The notes below the pieces were generated by a model. The model saw nothing but the letters and a program-made list of their open reading frames with translations. It was not told the origin of the DNA and made no database searches. This document shows, in pieces, positions 19,193-27,569 of a DNA stretch of 34,527 nucleotides (its first letter is position 1; each line of letters opens with the position of its first letter). The stretch comes from Promethearchaeota archaeon (lineage in GTDB: Archaea; Asgardarchaeota; Lokiarchaeia; Sigyniarchaeales; SOKP01): NCBI GenBank assembly GCA_048940645.1, contig JBHLOI010000038.1:1-34527 (forward strand), read 5' to 3'. The translations under genes and the position numbers were made by a program.

Positions 19193-19253
19193 TTTTAAAG
19201 TTCAACCCTCTTTTTATAGATTTTATGAATATGTTAATTGTTTAATATAAAAA

Positions 19254-19269
19254 TATTTAAACTTTTTCG
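19254..19269 (-). promoter_or_regulatory. Probable BRE/TATA promoter of surface protein B
   Basis: Minus strand CGAAAAAG-TTTAAATA about 60 nt upstream of ATG 19192; GAGGGT SD-like site at 19205-19210. Confidence 0.55.
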
Positions 19270-19539
19270 TCGGTCTGTCTTTTTTTTCCTAAAATAGAAA
19301 GTATAATAAGGGGACAATTTCAAAATTTAGTTACAAGTGCGATAAAAAAACAAGAAAAAGAGGGACAATAAACAAAAAGAATTATTCTTTTTTTTATAAT
19401 AATTTACAATCAACTGATAATTTAATGGTAAAAAGTTGTACCTTAAGTCCAAAGATTTACCCCAATTCAAAATTTGAATATAAATATTTTTTTTCAAAAT
19501 GCTGATTTGTTATAAAAAGAGCTTCTCTCCCTCTCTATC

Positions 19540-19554
19540 CGAAAGATTTAAATA
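19540..19554 (+). promoter_or_regulatory. Probable BRE/TATA promoter of the Cys-rich protein gene
   Basis: CGAAAGA-TTTAAATA, a good archaeal BRE+TATA consensus, divergent from the gene B promoter. Confidence 0.55.
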
Positions 19555-19642
19555 TTTGTTCAACATAAATATAGATCGACTACTAAGTCATTTGAAGAAA
19601 TTCAAAGGTGGTTAATAAAAACTAGAAAAATGTGTTTAATCA

Positions 19643-20383
19643 ATGGAATTAGACGACACTGATAGCCGGTACTCACTATTGATTGCTGGGATCCTGGTGG
19701 CAACTATCTTTTCTATATTCCTGGTTATCGCATTAGGAGTTTGGGGCCATAGTATTTTTTCCGGAACTGGAATTGAACCGGTTCCCGGGGGGTTACCTTT
19801 GAGTAATGGAGAAAATACCGTGGTAAATTATAATCCTATGGATGATACTCTCTCCGGGGTAGAATTCCTACCAATATCTGAAGGATGTATGATGACAGGC
19901 CTTGACACAGAACAAGGCTGGGTTTACATTCATGATTATAATGTCCTCGATCCATTACCATTATGCTTAACCGGATCTTTCGGCGGTGCTACCATAATCT
20001 CTTATGGTGGCTATGACTTCTTTGGAGGCACTGGAATGATCTTCCAAGGTAAGTCTGATGCACCTCTATGTGAAAAATTAGTTGGTATGTTTGATATTGT
20101 TAAAACTGGCGCATGGTCAGATTATCCTCCTGAACACTGCCCATGGGCAGATCCATGCTGTATGGTTGACTATTGGACTGTAGAGTTCGTAGTTGATGGA
20201 TGCGTCCAGTTAGACAGCAACCACGCTCCTGCTGTATTAGGAGACGCCTGTTGCGAAGTATTTGACTTATGTGATGGAGTCCCTGACAACCTTGATAAGT
20301 TTGTTGATCTCGGATTCATTACCTGCTGGAGTGGCTGTGAAAAGCCTGATCAAGACTTCCAGATAATGTTGGCGTACAATTAG
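19643..20383 (+). CDS. Acidic Cys-rich protein with a single N-terminal TM anchor, function unknown
   Basis: TM helix at residues ~11-35; 12 Cys including two CC pairs; Asp/Gly-rich; visibly higher GC than the neighbours. Confidence 0.8.
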   Translation: MELDDTDSRYSLLIAGILVATIFSIFLVIALGVWGHSIFSGTGIEPVPGGLPLSNGENTVVNYNPMDDTLSGVEFLPISEGCMMTGLDTEQGWVYIHDYNVLDPLPLCLTGSFGGATIISYGGYDFFGGTGMIFQGKSDAPLCEKLVGMFDIVKTGAWSDYPPEHCPWADPCCMVDYWTVEFVVDGCVQLDSNHAPAVLGDACCEVFDLCDGVPDNLDKFVDLGFITCWSGCEKPDQDFQIMLAYN

Positions 20384-20433
20384 TATGCTACCGGAGTCCC
20401 CCAACTCCCGATTGGTTATTAATCGCCAGTTAG

Positions 20434-20482
20434 AATGCATTCATGCATTTTTAATTCCCCCCTCTTTTTTTTTCTTTTTTTT
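20434..20482 (+). terminator. Hairpin plus oligo-T tract, probable terminator
   Basis: AATGCAT-TC-ATGCATT inverted repeat followed by long T runs (20465-20482). Confidence 0.55.
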
Positions 20483-20698
20483 TAAATTATTTTAATATTT
20501 TAGATCAATTTTTAAAATTCTGTATTTATTATTCTAAATCCTAAATCTTGATCATTTTTCGATCTGTAAAGAATTATATAATAATAAATTCGTTTATTAA
20601 ATATATCTTCAAATGAATTAATTTTATGATTAAACTTAAAAAAATAAGTTGAATTATTATTATTGCATAAAAGAAATTCAGTATAAAGATGAGGTATT

Positions 20699-22453
20699 GT
20701 GGAACCTAATTTACAAAATATTGATAAAATTGGAAAAACGATTGCAGATCGATTAATCTCAGCGGGAATTGACACTGTTGAAAAACTTGCTAACATTGAA
20801 ATTGAAAAGTTATTAAAAGTAAAAGGTATTGGTAGATCAACAGCAAATAAATATAAAGAGTATGCTAAAAAACTTCTTAAAGAATTAAATAAAAATAAAA
20901 CTGCAGATTTAAAGTATATTTCTTCTAAACATAATAAATTAAAATCAGAAAAAGAAACTATATCAGTTAAAAATGCTCAATTAAACACTATAGAAAAGAA
21001 AAGTGAAGTTCATATGACGAAAAATATTAATTTGGAAAAAAGTGCTCCTAATACGAATTTAAGACATAAAGAGGAGATGAAATCAAAACAAAGAAATAGC
21101 TTATCCAAAACCAGAAGGGCTAAAAAAAAGGTCACGAAAGATTCTACTAAAAAAAAGGAGGCTAAAATAGGTTATGCTTATAAATTTTTTAAAGAAGACA
21201 CCATCCAAAGAATTAGGTTCTTGCACTTTAGGATTAAAAATATTGAAGAATTGATAAAGAAATTATCCTATAAAGAGATTCCTCCAAATGTAAGGGATTT
21301 ATTTTATGAGTACATAGTTATATTAAATAAAAATTATAAAACTAGGAATCATAATTTAATTCTTCGAGAATTAGAACTAACTCAGAAATATTTTGACCCG
21401 CTCGAGAATAAGGAAATAGGTATTTATGATATAATGTTTGAATGTGCTCGTGCATTTTGGGTAATGGCAAAAACTTTTAATCTACTTTCAGAAAGTTATG
21501 AGAGTAAAGAAGAATGGGAATATGCTGTAGCAGCTATGTTTCAATGTAGTAAAGCATATAAAACAGCTTCATATTTTAGCGCAGCTGCCATCCATCAAGA
21601 AATAATTGGGGGTAGTTTAAACGCGCAAAATTTAGAATTCAAGGCAGAAGAATCACGTATTCTCGCTCAAAGTCTGGCATCAGTTAATGAGGAAAATAAA
21701 GAAAATTATTTCTTAGCATCTAATTTTTATAGTGGTTTAAGTTCTCTGTCAAAAAGATTATTTTTTTCAGAATATTTCGATGAAAGAAAGAAGTTGCAAC
21801 TAAAAGCTCAATATCATTACGATTTGGGGAAAGCTTGTAATTTATTTGCTCAAGGAATATCAGGCTCATTAGGCCTTAAACCTAAAAAAAGTGGAGAGGA
21901 AAAAGAAAATAGAAAGTATCTTCAAAAGGCTGTTTATTACTATTCAGAGGCAGAAAAAATCTGGGAATTTGTGCTTAATAACTTGAAAGATATTACAAAG
22001 GAAGAAAAAGATGATTTAAAAAGAAATTTATCTATTGTTAATGAAAATATAATGGAAATTGATGAAGAAATTGTGGATTATAACTATTTAAAGGATATCC
22101 CAGTTCCTAAGCCAATTATAGCTGTTCCAGAAAATATTCCCATAGTATTACCGAAATCAATAAATTATCTAACTAAATTACCACAAAAGGAACCTGATGT
22201 TGGATTATTAAGAAAGTTTAAAAATATTAAATTTGAAGACAAATATCCAATGAATAAAAGAAGAGAGGTTCTAAATAAGAAGGCAACCGCAGGGAGAATC
22301 ATAAAAGAGTTAAAAGTATTGTTTGAAAATGATGAAATAGAAGTTGACAAATATACAGAACTTTTAGAAAAATATACTTTAAAATATAAAATGTTAGATA
22401 GCATTCTCTATAAATTTGACAATGTTCCAGAAGACAATAAATCTAAAAAGTAA
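20699..22453 (+). CDS. Helix-hairpin-helix domain protein with a Lys-rich linker and a C-terminal alpha-solenoid resembling a BRO1 domain
   Basis: N-terminal LQNIDKIGKTIADRLISAGIDTVEKLA...LLKVKGIGRSTA is a tandem HhH; the downstream helical region follows the BRO1 motif order (see findings); GAGGT SD before the GTG start. Confidence 0.75.
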   Translation: MEPNLQNIDKIGKTIADRLISAGIDTVEKLANIEIEKLLKVKGIGRSTANKYKEYAKKLLKELNKNKTADLKYISSKHNKLKSEKETISVKNAQLNTIEKKSEVHMTKNINLEKSAPNTNLRHKEEMKSKQRNSLSKTRRAKKKVTKDSTKKKEAKIGYAYKFFKEDTIQRIRFLHFRIKNIEELIKKLSYKEIPPNVRDLFYEYIVILNKNYKTRNHNLILRELELTQKYFDPLENKEIGIYDIMFECARAFWVMAKTFNLLSESYESKEEWEYAVAAMFQCSKAYKTASYFSAAAIHQEIIGGSLNAQNLEFKAEESRILAQSLASVNEENKENYFLASNFYSGLSSLSKRLFFSEYFDERKKLQLKAQYHYDLGKACNLFAQGISGSLGLKPKKSGEEKENRKYLQKAVYYYSEAEKIWEFVLNNLKDITKEEKDDLKRNLSIVNENIMEIDEEIVDYNYLKDIPVPKPIIAVPENIPIVLPKSINYLTKLPQKEPDVGLLRKFKNIKFEDKYPMNKRREVLNKKATAGRIIKELKVLFENDEIEVDKYTELLEKYTLKYKMLDSILYKFDNVPEDNKSKK

Positions 22454-22565
22454 ATGTAGAACTCATTTTCATTTAGAATCATAAGATTAGCTTAAATGTA
22501 AAGTTTTTAAATTATATTAACCTATTATTATTCATTCAATTTAACTATGTTAAGAGGGTATCTAA

Positions 22566-23114
22566 ATGGGTAAGGGTACAAAATCTATTGGGAGGGTGTT
22601 ACGTAATTCCTTATTTTATATAATTCTTCTAGTAATTTTATATGTCTTCTTTCTAAGTAAAGAAATAGGGCTTCTCTTATCAGCGATATTTTTAACAGTC
22701 TTTATTCTTACTTATATCCCATCTCTTTCTTCTAAAAGAAGATTGATTAAAGTTTTGAATCAATACGACAAAATTGAAGATAAATTTATAGCAAAGAAAT
22801 TAGATCGTTCAGTATCTAAAATTAGATCCCAAATGCATAATCTTTCTAAACGTCAAAAACATAAGAAATGGTTAATTGTTTTTCTAAATAAGCGTTATAT
22901 TTACTATAGTCAAGATACGATTGAGAAATTTTTGAATTTGTATGAGAATGGATTTCATGAAAAGAAAATTTTAGAAACCATGAAAAAGAAATCCGAATTA
23001 AAAACAAGAGCAGAAATTAAAGCTATTGAAGATGCTCTTACTAATAATAAAAGACTTATAGATAATCATAAAAAAGTTACAGGAAAAAAACCTATCACTG
23101 CAGTTGAGAGTTAA
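22566..23114 (+). CDS. Membrane protein with two N-terminal TM helices and a basic cytoplasmic helix-turn-helix/winged-helix-like region
   Basis: Hydrophobic residues ~16-52, then IEDKFIAKKLDRSVSKIRSQMHNL (HTH-like) followed by short beta strands WLIVF..RYIYY. Confidence 0.65.
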   Translation: MGKGTKSIGRVLRNSLFYIILLVILYVFFLSKEIGLLLSAIFLTVFILTYIPSLSSKRRLIKVLNQYDKIEDKFIAKKLDRSVSKIRSQMHNLSKRQKHKKWLIVFLNKRYIYYSQDTIEKFLNLYENGFHEKKILETMKKKSELKTRAEIKAIEDALTNNKRLIDNHKKVTGKKPITAVES

Positions 23115-23153
23115 TACACAACCTTTTTGCTCAACTTCATTGTTTATAAAATT

Positions 23154-23684
23154 TTATTTAATTAGATTAATGATTTGCTTATATACTTCTTGCTGATTTT
23201 GAAAACTTAAATCGAACTTATACAAATTTTCTATACCATTTAATGCTTTTTTACATGGAAGTTTTATGTTCTTCCCTATAGTTGCGATTATATTAAATTC
23301 CCCCTCAAAAATATTAATTATAAAATTTTGAAATTTTTTTGAAAATAACTCCATTTTTCCAATTTCGTCGATAATCATAAGATCTACCTGCTCAAAATCA
23401 ACATTCTCTAAATTTGAAATTACACTTTCAAATTTATTTATAAATACACAATATTTACCCAACTTATACAAAGTTTCATAATCTCCAATTCTAGCAAATT
23501 GATATCTTATATCAGAAGAGATTTCTTCAATATCAAATCCTATTCTTCTGTTTTCATTTCTGATCTCAGGAGTTAAAAATCCTTTAATTTTAAAATTCTT
23601 TTTAGAATAATATTCAATTAACTTTAAAATAAGGGTGGATTTTCCACATCTTGGAGGGCCACTAATAAGAATTTTTAAAACCAT
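23154..23684 (-). CDS. Nucleoside triphosphatase, THEP1/NTPase_1 family
   Basis: KILISGPPRCGKST Walker A, GFLTPEIR...RIGF, and IIDEIGKMELFS Walker B. Confidence 0.95.
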   Translation of the reverse strand: MVLKILISGPPRCGKSTLILKLIEYYSKKNFKIKGFLTPEIRNENRRIGFDIEEISSDIRYQFARIGDYETLYKLGKYCVFINKFESVISNLENVDFEQVDLMIIDEIGKMELFSKKFQNFIINIFEGEFNIIATIGKNIKLPCKKALNGIENLYKFDLSFQNQQEVYKQIINLIK

Positions 23685-23720
23685 AGTTAGTTAAATTTGC
23701 AAAAATAAGCCAATTTTCGT

Positions 23721-24869
23721 TTATTTTTTTTTCTTATTTAGTTCATGGAATTTTATCAATAATTTCTTTTGTTCTTCTGAGATATCTTTTGGAATTTCAA
23801 TTCTAACGATGACATACTGATCTCCTTTCGCTTTTCCTCTTAAATAAGGTACTCCACGATTTTTAATTCTAAATTCAGTTCCATGTTGAGTTCCCGCAGG
23901 AATGCTTAACTCTTTTTCAGTTAATTTATTACTTTTATAATCTAGGGTGAGAACTTTTATTTTTCCCCCTAAAATAGCAGTTACTAAATCAATATCCATC
24001 GGTGTATAAAGATCATTACCACGTCTTATAAAATTCTCGTTTTCAATAATTCTAATTCCTAAATAAAGATCACCAGGGATTGCATTTACTGAGGGAACAT
24101 GACCAGCACCCTGTACTTTAAGATGAACTCCATCCTCTACTCCTGGCGGAATATTCACATGAATTGTTTTAGTTTCTGGTACAACCTTTTTTCCATTACA
24201 AACTTTACATTTTTTTTCAAAAGTTTTTCCTGTACCCATACATACATTACATCCTGAAGTTCGAATAATTGTACTGTATCCCTGTCTTGTCATTCTTTGA
24301 ATTTGTCCTGTTCCGTCACAATTGTCGCATTTCTTAACACTTGCAGGATCCTCTGCTCCTGTTCCTTCACACTCATCACAAGGAGTATATCTTTGAATTA
24401 CAATATCTTTCTTAACACCAAACATAGCCTCTTCAAATGTAATCTCAACAAAATCTTCAATATCTTGGCCAACCTCTCTTTGGGGTCTTGCTCTAGGTCT
24501 TGCTCTCGATCCAAAAAAACTCCCAAATCCAAAATCATCATCACCAAATATGCTTCCTCCTCCAAATATAGATCTTAATATTTCATTTATTCCAGGGATA
24601 CCACCCCTAAAAAAATCACTCATATCAACATGTACTCCACTGAAGCCAAATCGATCATAATTGCTTCTTTTTTCTGGATCGCTTAAAACTTCATAAGCTT
24701 CTTGCAACTCAATAAATTTCTCCTTTGCTTTAGGATCTGTTTTGTTCACGTCTGGATGAAGCTTTCTAGCTAATTTACGATATGCTAATTTTACTTGATC
24801 AGTTGTAGCATCCTTCGACACTCCCAATACTTCGTAATAATCCCGCTTTTTAGAGGACACTTTACTCAC
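23721..24869 (-). CDS. dnaJ: Chaperone DnaJ (class A Hsp40)
   Basis: J-domain [10 protein letters not shown]...HPD; G/F-rich region; four CxxCxGxG-type zinc repeats; C-terminal substrate-binding domain. Confidence 0.98.
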   Translation of the reverse strand: MSKVSSKKRDYYEVLGVSKDATTDQVKLAYRKLARKLHPDVNKTDPKAKEKFIELQEAYEVLSDPEKRSNYDRFGFSGVHVDMSDFFRGGIPGINEILRSIFGGGSIFGDDDFGFGSFFGSRARPRARPQREVGQDIEDFVEITFEEAMFGVKKDIVIQRYTPCDECEGTGAEDPASVKKCDNCDGTGQIQRMTRQGYSTIIRTSGCNVCMGTGKTFEKKCKVCNGKKVVPETKTIHVNIPPGVEDGVHLKVQGAGHVPSVNAIPGDLYLGIRIIENENFIRRGNDLYTPMDIDLVTAILGGKIKVLTLDYKSNKLTEKELSIPAGTQHGTEFRIKNRGVPYLRGKAKGDQYVIVRIEIPKDISEEQKKLLIKFHELNKKKK

Positions 24870-25023
24870 TTATTTTAAATCTATGTTCTATATATTATTA
24901 CTGTCTTATGAGCCAGTTTATTAAGTAAAATATATTCTGAAATTTATTTTTTTAGGTACTTGATTATTCAAAAATAAAGACATACCACTATTAATTTTTT
25001 AAGAGCCACCTAAAAAATTGATT

Positions 25024-26529
25024 TCAATTTGGTATTTTGATAACATTTCGATTTAATTCCTTATTAAATCTAATAGGAAATATTTTCCCAACAAGTTCTG
25101 TTTTTTCTATTTCATTTAATTTACCTTTTGATGCCTGAATATAGGCAAGTGTACGATTCCCTTTGTTAAGGCGTCCTAATGCAATCCCATTTATCGGTTC
25201 TCCCTGTCTATTAAATATTAATGTATATCCTTCCACTTTAAATTGTCCATATGCAATTTCAACTGGAAAAGGTAAAGATTTCTTAAGAATCTGCTTTTGA
25301 ATTTTGTTCTCTTTTTCTTTATTCCAAGATATATAAGAATGTCTATTACCATAAATTCCAAATGATTGCTTGGTGTTATAACCTCCATTTGCAATTACCA
25401 TTATTTTAAGAGCTGGATTTTTTCGAATCAGCTCAATAGATGTTATTATAGCATGCAAAGAATAATTACTCCAAGGACCTCCGAAATAAGCTAATCCTCC
25501 GGTAACAGTCAAATCTCGTTTATCATCAGCATTTAAACCAATTTCATTCATAATAATTTCAACAATAGAAGGAAAACAACTATAGATATCAAATTTATTA
25601 ATATCCTTCAATTTAAGTCCCGCTTGTTGCAATGCTAATTTAACACCCTCTCTAGACGCTGGAGAATTTGTTAAAGATGGTCGTTGTGTTATACTAAATA
25701 CGTTTTGAAGGTCTGATCCTCCCATATGATAGACCCAGTTTTTTTTATTAATATTTAGTCGTTCTGCAATTGATTCACTTGTAATTACTAAGCTTCCTGC
25801 TTGATCAGTAAAAACATTAGAACACATTCGTTTAGTATAAGGGTGACAAATATTACGATTTTCATGAATAGGTGTTACTATATCGTCTGCTGAAAAATTT
25901 TGCTTAATCCATGCATAAGGGTTTCTGGAAGCAATATCAGCGAAATGTTCGAAAAGACTTCCTATATAATGATTATGTTCTATTATATTTTTATTTGATT
26001 TCGCGCGTAGAGCTGTCTCAAAAATTGCATAACTATAAGCTGGAGTAATCAATTCATATTTGTTTTCAAATTCATTAGTACCATGCCAAATCTTGCCTTC
26101 CATATATGAAGGTTTTTCTTCTTCCGGCCAGTTTAATTTAATTTTTCCTTTTTTAGCTCGAAGGGCGGAATAAGAAGCTTCAGCACCAGTAATTAATATT
26201 CCTTTACGCTCTCCTGATGAGATTTTCCTCACTGCTCGATTAACTAACATTTGAGGAGTGTTTCCTCCATCTGATAAATAAATTTTTTGAGTAGGTTTTA
26301 AGCCGACGATTTCACTAAGCAATCCTGGCGCATCCTTATATGACCAACTCCGAATATTTACCATATAAATTGTATCAATGTAGCTTTTTATTTCATCTGT
26401 AGCTGCTTCGGAAAAAGCTTCTTCAGAAGTTTTTACCATAAGATTTAATGGATCAAGGGGATCATTCAAATTTTTTGACTGTGTAAATTGAGATGCCCCA
26501 ACAATTACCGGAACAAGATTGGTTTTCAT
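25024..26529 (-). CDS. Thiolase-like protein (TLP1-type acetyl-CoA acetyltransferase family) with an extra C-terminal domain
   Basis: PVIVGASQ, GGNTPQMLVN, ITGAEA, HPYTKRM, DQAGS, FDIYSCFP, LTVTGGLAYFGGPWSNYS, ANGG..TKQSFGIY; C-terminal VEGYT...G.P.....GRL..G.RTLA. Confidence 0.88.
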   Translation of the reverse strand: MKTNLVPVIVGASQFTQSKNLNDPLDPLNLMVKTSEEAFSEAATDEIKSYIDTIYMVNIRSWSYKDAPGLLSEIVGLKPTQKIYLSDGGNTPQMLVNRAVRKISSGERKGILITGAEASYSALRAKKGKIKLNWPEEEKPSYMEGKIWHGTNEFENKYELITPAYSYAIFETALRAKSNKNIIEHNHYIGSLFEHFADIASRNPYAWIKQNFSADDIVTPIHENRNICHPYTKRMCSNVFTDQAGSLVITSESIAERLNINKKNWVYHMGGSDLQNVFSITQRPSLTNSPASREGVKLALQQAGLKLKDINKFDIYSCFPSIVEIIMNEIGLNADDKRDLTVTGGLAYFGGPWSNYSLHAIITSIELIRKNPALKIMVIANGGYNTKQSFGIYGNRHSYISWNKEKENKIQKQILKKSLPFPVEIAYGQFKVEGYTLIFNRQGEPINGIALGRLNKGNRTLAYIQASKGKLNEIEKTELVGKIFPIRFNKELNRNVIKIPN

Positions 26530-26739
26530 TTAAAATAAATTCTCCATTAAATGATATTTTTAATAAATTAATTAAGGAATAATTAAGATTATGCCTAATA
26601 ACCAAAATTATAAAGAACCTAAACTAAAACCTGACATTAGTGTATACTAGTAAATATTTAGAAATTGAAATATTTTTATAAACCACAAACAAATATTAAT
26701 ATACTATATATAAAAAAACTTTAAGATAGTGTATAAACA

Positions 26740-26970
26740 ATGGCATGGACTCCACCAAGTAAATTTATTGTAGTTATAACCTTTCTTTTATGGATCTTCG
26801 GACTATTTATCTTACTCGACATGTCTGTTATATTTTGGAATGATCTTATATTACCCTCAATTCATCTTTTTGGTTTAGCGAATTTCCAATCATGGCTTCT
26901 GATTGCTATGATAGTATTCTTTTTCTCTTGGATTCTATTTTTCCTCGCTATTAAATTAAAGGGTTTGTAA
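26740..26970 (+). CDS. Small two-TM membrane protein, function unknown
   Basis: ATG start, MAWTPPSK leader, two hydrophobic helices, sits in an otherwise empty AT-rich interval. Confidence 0.75.
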   Translation: MAWTPPSKFIVVITFLLWIFGLFILLDMSVIFWNDLILPSIHLFGLANFQSWLLIAMIVFFFSWILFFLAIKLKGL

Positions 26971-27133
26971 ATCTATAAAATAAAATTTCTTTATTTTTTT
27001 TTAGGATTTAATCAAAAATGAATATTATTTGGTAATTGTAAAAAAGATTTTAAAAAGAACCTTTAAATTTCTAAATAATTAATAATTATTGGCAACACAA
27101 AAAGAAATCCTAATAAAATTAAAAAGTAAATAA

Positions 27134-27385
27134 ATGAAAAAAAAACAAAAAAACGCACAATGTGAAAAGTGCGGACGGCTTATTCACCCCGCAAGGTCGG
27201 CTCTCCAAAGTGTTGGTGTCATTTTTGCAGAGATACCCGAATATTGTCCTCATTGTGGGGCAAAGCTCTCTGATATAAAACGAGAACAAGTAGATAAATA
27301 TACAGATTACCTTTGCATTCTTAAATGCATTCCTGTAGTAGTATTCATTGTTATTATTATAACTATAATTATTATTGCTCGCTAA
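27134..27385 (+). CDS. Zinc-ribbon protein with a C-terminal TM tail anchor
   Basis: CEKCG and CPHCG pairs, followed by the hydrophobic C-terminus IPVVVFIVIIITIIIIAR. Confidence 0.8.
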   Translation: MKKKQKNAQCEKCGRLIHPARSALQSVGVIFAEIPEYCPHCGAKLSDIKREQVDKYTDYLCILKCIPVVVFIVIIITIIIIAR

Positions 27386-27445
27386 GACGGTTTTGAAGGT
27401 CTTGATAATCTAGTAAATTTAGAATAATTAGATATTAGCCATCTT
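27386..27445 (+). pseudogene. Leucine-rich-repeat coding relic
   Basis: Translates as DGFEGLDNLVNLE*LDISHL, matching the SDS22-like LRR consensus (I)EGL..L..L..LDLS.N, with an internal TAA. Confidence 0.5.
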
Positions 27446-27484
27446 AATTAGATATTAGCCATCTTAATTAGATATTAGCCATCT
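27425..27484. repeat. Perfect tandem repeat, 3 x 20 bp (TAATTAGATATTAGCCATCT)
   Basis: Three exact adjacent copies starting at 27425, 27445 and 27465, with no spacers. Confidence 0.97.
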
Positions 27485-27569
27485 TTCTATATTTAATCAA
27501 AAAAAATTATAAAAAAAGAATGAAATAAAAGAAAAATTCATTTACTTTATAGTAAAAGTGACTTGAAAT

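Noticed and set aside
20384-20450. 3' UTR hairpins as a SECIS element
   Set aside because: No in-frame UGA in the upstream gene and no AUGA/GA kink-turn core
27425-27484. 3 x 20-bp repeat as a possible CRISPR array
   Set aside because: Copies are directly adjacent with no spacers, and no cas genes are in the window
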